A DNA stretch of 64,000 nt, from NCBI GenBank assembly GCA_040390065.1, contig JAZJZE010000009.1:544713-608712 (forward strand). Reading direction: 5' to 3'. The notes beneath the pieces are model-generated. The model saw only the letters and a list, made by a program, of their open reading frames with translations. It was not told the DNA's origin and ran no database searches. Each line of letters starts with the position of its first letter. Positions within the stretch are counted from its first letter, which is position 1. Source of the DNA: a bacterium. GTDB lineage: Archaea; Thermoplasmatota; E2; JACPAO01; JAHFTW01. Positions 38,419 to 47,932 of the stretch are shown here, in pieces. The translations under genes were made by a program, and so were the position numbers.

Positions 38419-39921
38419 TCAAGGGTTATCGGCGACGACGGCCGACGCCGCCCGGTAGGAGCGGCGCGTGAGGAAGTAGAAGGGGATGCCGACTGTGATG
38501 ATGGCCAGGTCGACCAAGGCCTTGTACCGGTATCCCGCCTGGTCCTCCGTCCACCACAAGGCGGCGACGACGATGGCCAGGCTCGTCAGGCCGAAGAGGA
38601 CGGGGATCACGGCGCCGCCGGGCGTGCGGTAGCCGCGTTCGATGTCCGGGCGCAGGCGGCGCAGCCTCAACCAGGCCGCTGCCGTAAGGACGTGGAACAG
38701 GAACACCGCAAAGATGACGCTCGCCACGAGTGCGTCGTACAGGCCCGACATGACGAGCAGGCAAGCCCAAATGGCGCACAAAGCCGAGCCGTAGGCAGGT
38801 GTGCCGTGGCGCGGGTCCAACCGCGCCATGCTGCGCAGGAAGAGACCCTCCTTGGCCTGCGCGTAGGCGATGCGGGGGGCGGTCATCACGTAGGCGTTTG
38901 TCGTGCCGAAGATGGACACCAAGGCAATCGTGCCCACGAGGCCGAAGCCGACGGCGCCGAGGGCGTTCTCCGCGGCCTTGCCAGAAAGGTAGTCCGTGCG
39001 CGTGGCTGAGATGCTCAAGGCGTCCGGCAGTGACACGGCGTACAGGCTGGCCGCTGCAACGGCGAGGTAGATGGCCGTCGTCACGAGGGGGGCCAGGGTC
39101 AAGGCAAGGGGGCCATCGCGCTTCGGGGAACGCATCTCGTGCGCAACGTACGTGGCCATGTACCAGCCGTCGTACGCGAAGAGGATCAGGAGCAGGCCGA
39201 GCATGAATCCCTGCACCGTGTCGCCCGTCGAGAACGGTGTGCCGTCGGCGTGCAGCGGCGTGCCGGGCGACAGGAGGTGCCCTGCGCCGTGGTAGAAGGC
39301 GAGCACCAGGACGACGACCAAGGCCAGGCCAGCGGCCTTGGCGAAGGTGCTCACGTTGCTGATGAATGCCCCGAAACGGACGCCGTACCGGTTGATGACG
39401 GTGAGCAGGATGATGATCGCGATTGCGAGGAATGCTTGACCGTACGGCGGAATCGTGAACAGCAGCGTGCCATCCCCCGGCGTGAGCTTGTGCACGTCGT
39501 GCGCCACGAGGAGCTTGGAGCCACCGGCGACGACGTCGACGGCGTATCCCGGCAGCGCCACGAAGCGGGCGGCCACCGTCGCGAAGGCGGCGGCCACGGC
39601 GGCGATCGTCCCGGTCTGGATGACCCAGAAATTCGTCCACCCGAAGAGGTAGGCCGGGAACGGCCCGAAGGCTTCCTTGAGGTAGACGTACTGGCCGCCT
39701 GCCTTCGGGTACATGCCGGACAGTTCGGCGACCGTCATCGAGCCGAGGACCGTGAGGGCGGCGGCCACGAGGAAGATGCCCATCACCCACAACGGCGACG
39801 GCAGCAGGCCGAGCATGTCCGCAGGGAGGATCATGATGCCCGAACCGATCATGGCCCCGACGATGATGGTGACCGCCGTGACCAGTCCGATGGAGCGTTG
39901 CGGGTGGGCTTCCTGCTGCAC
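38419..39921 (-). CDS. APC family amino acid permease
   Basis: GAMIGSGI, ELSGMYPKAGGQYVYL and FAYDGW motifs. Confidence 0.92.
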   Translation of the reverse strand: MQQEAHPQRSIGLVTAVTIIVGAMIGSGIMILPADMLGLLPSPLWVMGIFLVAAALTVLGSMTVAELSGMYPKAGGQYVYLKEAFGPFPAYLFGWTNFWVIQTGTIAAVAAAFATVAARFVALPGYAVDVVAGGSKLLVAHDVHKLTPGDGTLLFTIPPYGQAFLAIAIIILLTVINRYGVRFGAFISNVSTFAKAAGLALVVVLVLAFYHGAGHLLSPGTPLHADGTPFSTGDTVQGFMLGLLLILFAYDGWYMATYVAHEMRSPKRDGPLALTLAPLVTTAIYLAVAAASLYAVSLPDALSISATRTDYLSGKAAENALGAVGFGLVGTIALVSIFGTTNAYVMTAPRIAYAQAKEGLFLRSMARLDPRHGTPAYGSALCAIWACLLVMSGLYDALVASVIFAVFLFHVLTAAAWLRLRRLRPDIERGYRTPGGAVIPVLFGLTSLAIVVAALWWTEDQAGYRYKALVDLAIITVGIPFYFLTRRSYRAASAVVADNP

Positions 39922-39997
39922 GCCTTCACCAAAGGCGGGTCGCGATAAAGGATTCCGGATGCACGACTTGAGCGGATCGAGCCGCGGCGGTCGGCCC

Positions 39998-41266
39998 TCA
40001 TCCGGTCGTGCGCCTTCGGGTCGCGGCCATTCGGGCCACGTCCTCGTCGATGCCAGCCGCCGTGTCGGCGTCGAGGCCGAGTTGCCTGCGCGCCTCGGCG
40101 AGCATCAGGCGTTCGTTGGCGCCCAGGCGGCCGTCGACCCATGCGACTTCCACTTGGCGACGGTACCTGGCCGCCGGAGATGCGACCCCGCCGGCGTGCT
40201 GGCGGCGGCGTTCGACGGCGCGTTCGGCCAGGCGCTGCAGTGGGAAGATGGCGAAGACGACGGCGCCAGCGACGACGCCGCCCAGGGCCAGGCCCAGCGC
40301 TGAACTGAGGAAGTTCTGGGCGACTTGAGCGGCGATGAAGAGCGTCGCGAGCCCGACGGAGGCGAGGGTGCCGGCACGGATGGTGCGCGGCCGCAAGCCG
40401 ATGCCCAAGGCATCGAGTTGGAGGACCGCGTAGGCCAACGGGGGAAAGGCGAGGATCCGTACGATTCCCGTGGCGGTGCCGCGTGCGGAGACCTCGGGGA
40501 TGAGCCCGAAGAGGATGCCGGCCATCGCGTAGGCAACGAGCGCCAGCACGACGTTGCGGGCCAGTCTCCCATGCGGGCCGGCCGTCGCGCGCAGCCCCCA
40601 TAGGATGGCCGGATAGGCGAAGGCGACCATGAGGACGGACCCCCATGTCGCTGCCAAGGGGGAAACCGCAAGGCGCGTAAAGGCAGCGCCGGCAACGAAG
40701 ACGCCTTGCGACGCCAGGTTGAAGGCGAGGAGGGCATGGGCCTTGGCCTGCCGCTCCGGCAAGGCCGGGTCTCGCAGGGCTTCCGCCGACGCCATGGCGC
40801 TCGCGGCAAACAGGGCCCAGAACAAGGCGAAGAGCGAGAAGTAGAGCCAGAGGAGCAGCGGCGGGGCAATGTGGACAATGAAAGTGGAATGGACGTTCGC
40901 GCGGTCCTGGTACAGCATGGCGGAGCCGACTGCGACCAGGACGAGGTTGGCCAGGACCACGCGAGTGAGCGTTCGCCTCGCCGCCATCGTGCGAACCTGG
41001 TCCCGGAAGAGCAGCCAGCCGGCCACAACGGCGGGGAGAGTCAATGCAGCGGCGACCAAGGTGCCATTGGCGGCCACGGCTTCGTCGGTCGAACTGGCGT
41101 TGATGGCGATGAGCGATAGGCTGGAGAACAGCAGCAGCACGCCGAGGGCCCGGTTGCGGCGCGAGAGGCCACCGACCAGGAGGATGAAGAGGCCGAAGCC
41201 CGCATAGAGAAGACCGGCGCCGCCGCGGACGAAGACGCCTGGAAGGTCCACGGCGACGCGGTTCAC
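39998..41266 (-). CDS. Multi-TM hypothetical membrane protein
   Basis: About 10 TM segments plus a short C-terminal helical domain (AWVDGRLGANERLML). Confidence 0.7.
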   Translation of the reverse strand: MNRVAVDLPGVFVRGGAGLLYAGFGLFILLVGGLSRRNRALGVLLLFSSLSLIAINASSTDEAVAANGTLVAAALTLPAVVAGWLLFRDQVRTMAARRTLTRVVLANLVLVAVGSAMLYQDRANVHSTFIVHIAPPLLLWLYFSLFALFWALFAASAMASAEALRDPALPERQAKAHALLAFNLASQGVFVAGAAFTRLAVSPLAATWGSVLMVAFAYPAILWGLRATAGPHGRLARNVVLALVAYAMAGILFGLIPEVSARGTATGIVRILAFPPLAYAVLQLDALGIGLRPRTIRAGTLASVGLATLFIAAQVAQNFLSSALGLALGGVVAGAVVFAIFPLQRLAERAVERRRQHAGGVASPAARYRRQVEVAWVDGRLGANERLMLAEARRQLGLDADTAAGIDEDVARMAATRRRTTG

Positions 41267-41420
41267 CTTTCCCAGGCGCGCATGGACAGGGCCAAGTCCG
41301 TCGCGCTATTTGGGTCCGCCGCAGCGTCCAGAAATGCTGCGCACTCCCGGTGTCCGGCCTGCGCCGGACGCGCGCACCGAGAACGTCGCTCGCTGCGCTC
41401 GCTCCTTTCCTCGGTGCTTG

Positions 41421-41543
41421 CTTCTTGAAGTAGTCGGCGTTGATCACCGCACTGCCGACTTCGCCGGCAGCGCTCGGATCATTTCCGACATTCATCGAAG
41501 GAAGCGCTTCGCGCTTCACTTCTTGAAGTAGTCGGCGTTGATC
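41421..41543. repeat. 25-bp exact duplication of the ferredoxin 3' end
   Basis: CTTCTTGAAGTAGTCGGCGTTGATC at 41421-41445 and 41519-41543. Confidence 0.9.
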
Positions 41544-41776
41544 TGTGTATACTGCTTCGACCCTTCCGGCACTTCGTCGTCGGGGAAGATGGCATTGACG
41601 GGGCAGGCGGACTCGCAGGCGCCGCAGTCGATGCACTCGTCAGGGTTGATGTAGAGTTGGGTGGCGGCCGCGTAGTCGGGTTCGTCCTTCTTCGGGTGGA
41701 TGCAGTCCACCGGGCAGACGTCGACGCAGCTCGTGTCCTTGGTGCCGATGCACTTCTCGGTGATTGTGCGGGTCAT
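41516..41776 (-). CDS. Ferredoxin (7Fe/8Fe dicluster, FdxA type)
   Basis: CIGTKDTSCVDVCPVDCI...CIDCGACESACPVNAI. Confidence 0.95.
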   Translation of the reverse strand: MTRTITEKCIGTKDTSCVDVCPVDCIHPKKDEPDYAAATQLYINPDECIDCGACESACPVNAIFPDDEVPEGSKQYTQINADYFKK

Positions 41777-41843
41777 GGGCAACGCTCCGTTGGTTGTTCT
41801 CGGGGACACTGCGCGACTTACTTAACGGTGATGATGGAAACCT

Positions 41844-42596
41844 TCAGGCCCACCGCCGGCGGCAGGCGACCAAGGCCCCGAGGACGACCACCAGCAGGAC
41901 GAGTTCCACACCGGGGATGTGGTTGGCCTGGCGCGCCAGGTCCGCCTGGTGGTTTAGGGTCGCCAACTGGTAGGCCGCAGCGCCCCCGACGCCGGCCGCG
42001 ATGCCGACCCCGCCCGGGACGACGACGTCGGCCGCCTTCGACCCGCCCTTCGTCGCCATCAGGATGGCGCCCGCCACGGCGAGGCCGAGGGCGCCGTAGA
42101 ACAGGATCGCGATGGCCCCGAAGATGCCGCCGCCGGACGACGGCCAGAACAAGAAGGTGGGCCCGTAGCCCTGCTCCACGGTGGTGGCGAGCCAGAACCC
42201 CAAGACAGCTGCGATGGCCGCCGCGATTCCTAGCCGCATCGCGTGGCGACGCGTGAACACGGCAGCGGCCACGACCGCGGCTCCGGCCAACACGACGCAG
42301 GTCGAATAGGCGGCGCCGGCCGGACCGGTAAGCGGCTCGCTGCGGTTGATGTTGGAGAAGCCGTTCATGAACGACGAATAGACGAGGAACGGGGCGGCGA
42401 CGGCAATCCAGAATGGCACGACGTCGCGCCGCTGGAACTTGGGCTCGGCGGGCGCCGCGGCCGCGCGCAGAAGGGGCGGCGCGGCGGCCGGGCTGGCAAG
42501 CGGATGCGCACCAGGGCGGGCGGCGGGCGTTGCGGGACGGCGCGCGGACGCCGCGGTCGGGCGCGGCGCTGGCTGGCGCGGCGGAGACTCCACCAT
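41844..42596 (-). CDS. Hypothetical membrane protein
   Basis: Pro/Ala-rich N-terminus followed by about 6 TM segments. Confidence 0.7.
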   Translation of the reverse strand: MVESPPRQPAPRPTAASARRPATPAARPGAHPLASPAAAPPLLRAAAAPAEPKFQRRDVVPFWIAVAAPFLVYSSFMNGFSNINRSEPLTGPAGAAYSTCVVLAGAAVVAAAVFTRRHAMRLGIAAAIAAVLGFWLATTVEQGYGPTFLFWPSSGGGIFGAIAILFYGALGLAVAGAILMATKGGSKAADVVVPGGVGIAAGVGGAAAYQLATLNHQADLARQANHIPGVELVLLVVVLGALVACRRRWA

Positions 42597-42665
42597 GGGA
42601 CGCCACACGTGTGGGATGATTTGAAGGAAATGGGGTCGCGACGACTTGTAAGAGGGTGTGACGCG

Positions 42666-43355
42666 CTACGAGAAGTAGCTCGTGAGGATCTTCCGCTCTG
42701 CCGACTTGAGGCGGTTGTGGGCGGCGGCCTTGCTGATGCCGAAGACGCCCGCCAGAGTCTCGAGGTTGCAGCGGCGTGGGTTGTCGTAGAAGCCAAGGGC
42801 GAGGCCCATCTTGACGATCTCCGTCTGCTTCGGTGTGAGCTTCTCCTCGAAGTCCCCGATGGGGTGGTCCTCCGGCTTGTACTCGCCCCAGCGGATGAGC
42901 TTCATCGCCAGGCCCGCCTTCTTGAACGACTCGCCGGTCGTGCGGATGATTTCGCCGATCTCGATCTGCGCCGCCGTGATGATGCCGACGGTCATCCAGC
43001 CGTTCTGGATGATGATGGGCCGCAGGATGCGGTCCGGGCCGAGGGCGCGAAGGGCCGCCGTGAAGGGCGCCTTGAGGAACTTCATCTTGTCCTGGTTGGG
43101 CTCGACGAGCACCGAGAGCGCGTGTGGGTCGCGGCGCAGCACCGTGATGTTCTGGTAGAAGTCCTGCAGGCTCTGCAGCAGTTTCGGGAAGTGCTCCTGG
43201 TCGGCGAGCACGGTGAAGACGTTGCGCGTCGGGAAGTGGTCGTCGTCGAACCGGATGTGGTTCATGATGACCTTGGAATCCTTCACTTCGCGGGTGAATG
43301 CCGCCACCGGCCACTCTGGCAGTTCGACTTGGAACAGGAGCTCGGTCATCCCCAT
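42666..43355 (-). CDS. Bacterio-opsin activator-type (HTH_10) transcriptional regulator
   Basis: LTPKQTEIV..LALGFYDNPRRCNLETLA..FGISKAAAHNRLKSAERKIL. Confidence 0.9.
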   Translation of the reverse strand: MGMTELLFQVELPEWPVAAFTREVKDSKVIMNHIRFDDDHFPTRNVFTVLADQEHFPKLLQSLQDFYQNITVLRRDPHALSVLVEPNQDKMKFLKAPFTAALRALGPDRILRPIIIQNGWMTVGIITAAQIEIGEIIRTTGESFKKAGLAMKLIRWGEYKPEDHPIGDFEEKLTPKQTEIVKMGLALGFYDNPRRCNLETLAGVFGISKAAAHNRLKSAERKILTSYFS

Positions 43356-43476
43356 GCGGCGTTCACCAGCGAGTCGAACGGGTTCGGGGTCTTAAGGGAC
43401 GGGGCCGAGGTGGAATCTGTCGAGCCAGACCCTGGCCTCCCGAACCCTTAGAAACCTGGCGTGGGTCGCAATCGGC

Positions 43477-43839
43477 ATGGCCGAACCGCAACTCACTCCC
43501 GCCCTGCAGCAACAGTTGGCGCAACTGCAGTCGCTCAACCAGCAATACCAGATGGCGGCGCAGCAGCGGCAACAATTCGAGGCCATGAAGGCCGAATCCG
43601 AACAAGCCCTCGAGGCCCTCGGCACGCTGCCCGACGACGCGCCCGTGTACCGCAGCGTCGGCTCCCTGCTCGTCAAGGAACCCTCGAAGAAGGCCGCCGC
43701 CGACCGCCTCAAGGATGACCTCGAGACCCTCGAGGTGCGCCTCGCCCGCGTCCAGAAGCAGGAGAGCCAGACCAAAGAGCAGATGGCTGCGCTGCAATCC
43801 AAGCTGCAGGCCGCGCTGCAGCCCAAGCCGGGGAAGTGA
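43477..43839 (+). CDS. pfdB: Prefoldin beta subunit
   Basis: Coiled coil with VYRSVGSLLVK hairpin. Confidence 0.95.
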   Translation: MAEPQLTPALQQQLAQLQSLNQQYQMAAQQRQQFEAMKAESEQALEALGTLPDDAPVYRSVGSLLVKEPSKKAAADRLKDDLETLEVRLARVQKQESQTKEQMAALQSKLQAALQPKPGK

Positions 43840-44690
43840 TGCCTTTGGAGGAGCCGCATGGCGAGCGCGCCGTCGTGCCCGGCGAGCGCTTCATCCTCAT
43901 GGAACCCGACACGGGCTACGCCTACCTCGTCCACGCCGACGGCAAGGGCGCCCGCAAGCTGCGCGGACTTGGCGTCTTCGACCCCGACCGCCTCGTCGGC
44001 ACGCCCTTCGGTACGATTCTCAAGGTGGGCGCCAAGGACGTCGCCGTCCTGCAGCCGACCGGCGCCGACCTGGCCACCACGATTGCCCGCAAGGCCCAGA
44101 TCATCACGCCGAAGGACGCAAGCCGCATCATCTTCGAACTCGGCATCGGCGCCGGCGACCGCGTCTTCGAATCGGGCGTCGGATCTGGCGCAGCCACCGT
44201 CTCGTTGTGCTGGGCCGTCGGCGCCGAGGGCCAAGTCGTCGCTCAGGAACTGCGCGAAGAATTCGCAAAATGGGCGCAGGCCAACGCCGATGCGGCAGGG
44301 CTTGGCGCGCGCCTCGCCATCGCCATCGGCGACACGTCGCAAGGCATTGCGCCCGGCGTAGGGGGACCATTTCGCGCCGCCCTCCTGGACCTCCCCGAAC
44401 CGTGGCTCGCCATTCGCCACCTGCTTGCCCACCTCGCCCCTGGGGCGACCATCGCCTGCTACACGCCGCAAGTGTCGCAGCTCGAGGAAACGGTCCGGAC
44501 GCTGCGGGCCGCGGGCTTCGTCCAAGTGCGCGCCCTGGAACTCATCGAACGCCAATGGGAAGTGAAGGAGCGCGGCTCGCGCCCCTCCTTCGACGGCCTA
44601 GGCCACACGGGCTTCCTCGTCTTCGCGCGGTGGCTGGGCCGCCCCTACACACTCCCCCCCAACCCGCCCCCGCCCGCGGCAGTGTCCTGA
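43839..44690 (+). CDS. trmI: tRNA (adenine-57/58-N1)-methyltransferase
   Basis: RKAQIITPKD, ESGVGSGA, LDLPEPW and GHTGFL motifs. Confidence 0.93.
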   Translation: MPLEEPHGERAVVPGERFILMEPDTGYAYLVHADGKGARKLRGLGVFDPDRLVGTPFGTILKVGAKDVAVLQPTGADLATTIARKAQIITPKDASRIIFELGIGAGDRVFESGVGSGAATVSLCWAVGAEGQVVAQELREEFAKWAQANADAAGLGARLAIAIGDTSQGIAPGVGGPFRAALLDLPEPWLAIRHLLAHLAPGATIACYTPQVSQLEETVRTLRAAGFVQVRALELIERQWEVKERGSRPSFDGLGHTGFLVFARWLGRPYTLPPNPPPPAAVS

Positions 44691-44786
44691 CGCGTCGGCA
44701 CCCACAGGCAAGGCCGCCCCGGCCGGCTGCCCGCTCCCCCTGAGTCAAACCGGCCGATTCAAGATAGGCCGACCGCTCCTCAAACC

Positions 44787-45356
44787 GTGCCAACAGGAGT
44801 GGCGAGCCACTTCCTCAATATCCTCGCCGCGGACCGCCGCTCGGCGGCCTCCAAGGTGGTCGTCTGCACCGTCCTCGCCCTCGGACTCTTCGCCTTGGCC
44901 TACCTCATCCTGCCGGACTGGCAGGGCCCGTCCTTCCACGCCGGCGCCCTGCTCGTCGGCCTCGTTGCCGGCTGGCTCACCGGACGCGCCCGCATCCGGC
45001 GCTACGAAGCCTCCATCCGCGGCACCTGGACCCAGTGGATGCGCTACGCCGTCGCCGCCGAAAGTGTGGCCGAGATCTTCCGCAAGGTGCGCGGCCGCTC
45101 TGGACGCAACCTGCCCGTCGCGTACGCCGCCGTGCTGACCATCGTATGGGGCTCGGAGGTGGGGCTCCTCGTCCTCGGCCTGTCCGCCGGCAAGCACGAC
45201 GTCGCCCTCGCCGCCCCCGTCATCGCATTCAACGGCATCCTCGCCGGCTTCCTCATCGCGTTCTTCGTCGCCATGCGCGCCTGGATGGGCACCTTCGCCG
45301 CCTCAGTCACCGAACTCGTCGAATCAGGCGAGATCAACGTCTGGGGGCTGGCTTAG
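44787..45356 (+). CDS. Hypothetical membrane protein
   Basis: Four TM segments; coupled to pyrC. Confidence 0.7.
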   Translation: MPTGVASHFLNILAADRRSAASKVVVCTVLALGLFALAYLILPDWQGPSFHAGALLVGLVAGWLTGRARIRRYEASIRGTWTQWMRYAVAAESVAEIFRKVRGRSGRNLPVAYAAVLTIVWGSEVGLLVLGLSAGKHDVALAAPVIAFNGILAGFLIAFFVAMRAWMGTFAASVTELVESGEINVWGLA

Positions 45357-46810
45357 TGGCCAAGGCCAAGCCGAAGCCCAAGCCACGGCCGAAGAAGGCC
45401 CCGCCCAAGCCTCGCTCCAGCACGAAGGCCCGACCGAAACCCAGCCCAACCACCAAGGCCCGCGCCAAACCATCCAAGGCCCCGCGTGCCAGCCGCGACG
45501 ACCCGGATGCCGACCTCTCCGTCTCCGGCCAAGTCTACCAGCGCGGCAAACTCGTCCCATCCGTCCTGCACATCGACACGCGCTCCGGCAAGATCGTCCG
45601 CATCGCCAAGTCCACGACACTCGCCACGCACATCGACCTCGGCAACAAGGCCATCCTCCCCGGCGGCATCGACATCCACGTCCACTTCCGCGAGCCCGGC
45701 CACACCCACAAGGAAGACATCCTCTCCGGCTCCACCGCCGCGGCCTTCGGCGGCATCACCGCCTACGCCGACATGCCCAACACGCTGCCCGCCACCATTT
45801 CCGCTCGGGCCCTACGCGAAAAACTCGCCATCATGGCACAGAAATCCGTCGTCGACTACGGCGCCTGGGCCGGCGGCTCCTGGTACACGGGCGACCTGCC
45901 GGAGATGCTGAAGTACGCCGTCGGCGTGAAGACGTACCTCGGCGCAACCACCGGCGACCTCCTCCTCGAAGACCAAGGCAAATTCCAGGCAGTCCTTGCC
46001 GCCGCCGGCCACGCCGCCCGCCCCGCCGTCCTGCACGCCGAAGCCAACCGCGTCCTCGCCCACCTGCGCCGCAGCGAAGCCGGCCTCGAAGACCACGACA
46101 CCCTCCGCCCGCCCCTTGCCGAAGTCGAAGCCATCTACGACGCCATGAAAGCCATGGCCGGCATCAAGCGCCCACCCACGGTCCACATCGCCCACATCGC
46201 CAGCCCCGACGCCGTGCAAGCCGCCACCACCGCCAAATTCTCCACCGGCGTCTGCCCGCACCACCTCCTCCTCGACACCGGCGCGCCCCTCACGCACGCC
46301 TACGGCAAGATGAATCCGCCCCTGCGCAGCCCCACCATGCGCAAAGCCCTCTGGGACCTCTTCGCCAAAGGCAAGATCCCCATCCTCGAATCCGACCACG
46401 CGCCCCACACATCCGTCGAAAAGGAAGACAACTTCCACGCCGCCCCAAGCGGAGTCCCCGGCGTCGAGACCATGATCCCCGTCCTCCTAGCCCAAGTCAA
46501 AGCAGGAAAAATCCCCCTCGACATCGTCGTCGACGCCGCCACCAAGAACCCGGCAGCACTCCTCGGCCTCACCGACCGCGGCACACTGGAAGCCGGCATG
46601 AAAGCCGACTTCGCCGCCTACGACCTCAAGGCCCCCACGAAAGTCGACAGCGCACACCTCCACTCCAAGTGCGGCTGGTCACCCTTCGACGGCCACACCG
46701 CCATCTTCCCCACCCACACCTACCTCGCCGGCCGACCCGTCATCGAAGACGGCGACCTCGTCGCCGCCCCCGGATCCGGCAAGAGCCTGCGCCCCCTACC
46801 CAAGGAATAG
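45356..46810 (+). CDS. pyrC: Dihydroorotase (amidohydrolase) with Lys/Pro-rich N-terminal extension
   Basis: PGGIDIHVHFREPG, DMPNT, CPHHL, KMNPPLR and SDHAPH motifs. Confidence 0.9.
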   Translation: MAKAKPKPKPRPKKAPPKPRSSTKARPKPSPTTKARAKPSKAPRASRDDPDADLSVSGQVYQRGKLVPSVLHIDTRSGKIVRIAKSTTLATHIDLGNKAILPGGIDIHVHFREPGHTHKEDILSGSTAAAFGGITAYADMPNTLPATISARALREKLAIMAQKSVVDYGAWAGGSWYTGDLPEMLKYAVGVKTYLGATTGDLLLEDQGKFQAVLAAAGHAARPAVLHAEANRVLAHLRRSEAGLEDHDTLRPPLAEVEAIYDAMKAMAGIKRPPTVHIAHIASPDAVQAATTAKFSTGVCPHHLLLDTGAPLTHAYGKMNPPLRSPTMRKALWDLFAKGKIPILESDHAPHTSVEKEDNFHAAPSGVPGVETMIPVLLAQVKAGKIPLDIVVDAATKNPAALLGLTDRGTLEAGMKADFAAYDLKAPTKVDSAHLHSKCGWSPFDGHTAIFPTHTYLAGRPVIEDGDLVAAPGSGKSLRPLPKE

Positions 46811-46812
46811 GC

Positions 46813-47175
46813 CTACGCCGCCACGCCATCAGGCCACAACACGAGTATCCACGTCTCCCCACGCGTCTTCGGAACATGCCGCGACCCCGGCTTCATCCAC
46901 ACCAACGTCCCCGCCGGATACGTCCCCGCATCATCGAACGTCTCACCCTCCAAAACCAGATACATCTCCCCCCCGACATGCGTGTGCGCCCCAAACACGG
47001 AATCAGGCGCACCATCCGCAATGTGATACAACACCAACCCCACATTCCCATCCCGCCCAAGACGACCCATACGCGAACCATTCCCGAAATCCTTCCACTT
47101 CACATTCCGCTCCAACCACCCCTTGTCGAAGGAACAGTGCAGCCACGGAGCCAGCGCAACCTGGAAGTTAGGCAT
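46813..47175 (-). CDS. ChrR-like cupin domain protein
   Basis: HTHVGGEMYLVLEG...YPAGT..W..PGSRHVP. Confidence 0.85.
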   Translation of the reverse strand: MPNFQVALAPWLHCSFDKGWLERNVKWKDFGNGSRMGRLGRDGNVGLVLYHIADGAPDSVFGAHTHVGGEMYLVLEGETFDDAGTYPAGTLVWMKPGSRHVPKTRGETWILVLWPDGVAA

Positions 47176-47240
47176 GGCCGGGGAGGCGGCGAGGCGGATA
47201 AAACGGCAGCCTGAAGGCCAGGCAAGTCCAGGCCGACGAA

Positions 47241-47316
47241 GGAACCTCCAGGGTCCTGAAGGCTCCTATAGGAACCTCCGGATTCCTGGAGGCCCCTATG
47301 GGAACCGCCGGGCTCC
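47241..47316. repeat. Tandem repeat: 10-nt subunits (GGNNCCTNNN) with 30-nt super-period
   Basis: GGAACCTCCAGGGTCCTGAAGGCTCCTATA / GGAACCTCCGGATTCCTGGAGGCCCCTATG / GGAACCGCCGGGCTCC. Confidence 0.8.
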
Positions 47317-47419
47317 GCGCGGTGGGCGCGGACGATGGAAGGTACCGTCCACGGACGTCCCGATGCCCTTCCATTCGCTTTGGCCAGGTGTGTGGATGCA
47401 CCCCGCAACCCTCTAACGC

Positions 47420-47641
47420 GTGGTCGTCGTCGCTTGGGCCGTGGCCAAGGAGCGTCGGCTTCGTTATCCGCTTCTGTGGCTGGGCTTCATCGTTCTGATG
47501 ATTGCGGGGGCGACGCTCGTTTCGTCGCCGAGCGGCGGGTTGCAGGCGTTGGGTTTGGCGCTCATCTTGGGCCCGGTCCTGCTGCTTGCGGCCGTGACGT
47601 TGGCGTATTACCTCGTGGAGCGTTTCCGGGCGTCGCGCTAG
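47420..47641 (+). CDS. Small 2-TM hypothetical protein
   Basis: Two hydrophobic segments; G/T-ending codons; start uncertain. Confidence 0.5.
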   Translation: MVVVAWAVAKERRLRYPLLWLGFIVLMIAGATLVSSPSGGLQALGLALILGPVLLLAAVTLAYYLVERFRASR

Positions 47642-47645
47642 GCGG

Positions 47646-47903
47646 CTAGAGGTCGTCGAGTCCTAGGGCCTTGGCGGTCTTCTCCATGGCCTTCTTGGCT
47701 TGTCGCATGGTGCGCCGGATGTCGGCGTAGAGTTCGGGGTTGTCTGCCATGGCTTTGGCGAGGCCCTTGTCGAGTTGGTATTGGGTCTCCTCGGCGGCTT
47801 TCTCGACTGCGGCTTTGACGTCGCGGCCGAGTTGGGCGATCGTCGCTTCGATGGCCTTCGCCTTGGCGGCGAGGTCTGGCGGCGGGGGCGTCTTGGCGGG
47901 CAT
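47646..47903 (-). CDS. Small coiled-coil hypothetical protein
   Basis: MPAKTPPPPDLAAKAKAIEATIAQLG..., amphipathic helix. Confidence 0.7.
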   Translation of the reverse strand: MPAKTPPPPDLAAKAKAIEATIAQLGRDVKAAVEKAAEETQYQLDKGLAKAMADNPELYADIRRTMRQAKKAMEKTAKALGLDDL

Positions 47904-47932
47904 GCCTTTGCATCGAGGCGCGGCGGATAATC

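Noticed and set aside
47241-47316. CRISPR array
   Set aside because: Degenerate tandem units with no unique spacers and no cas genes.
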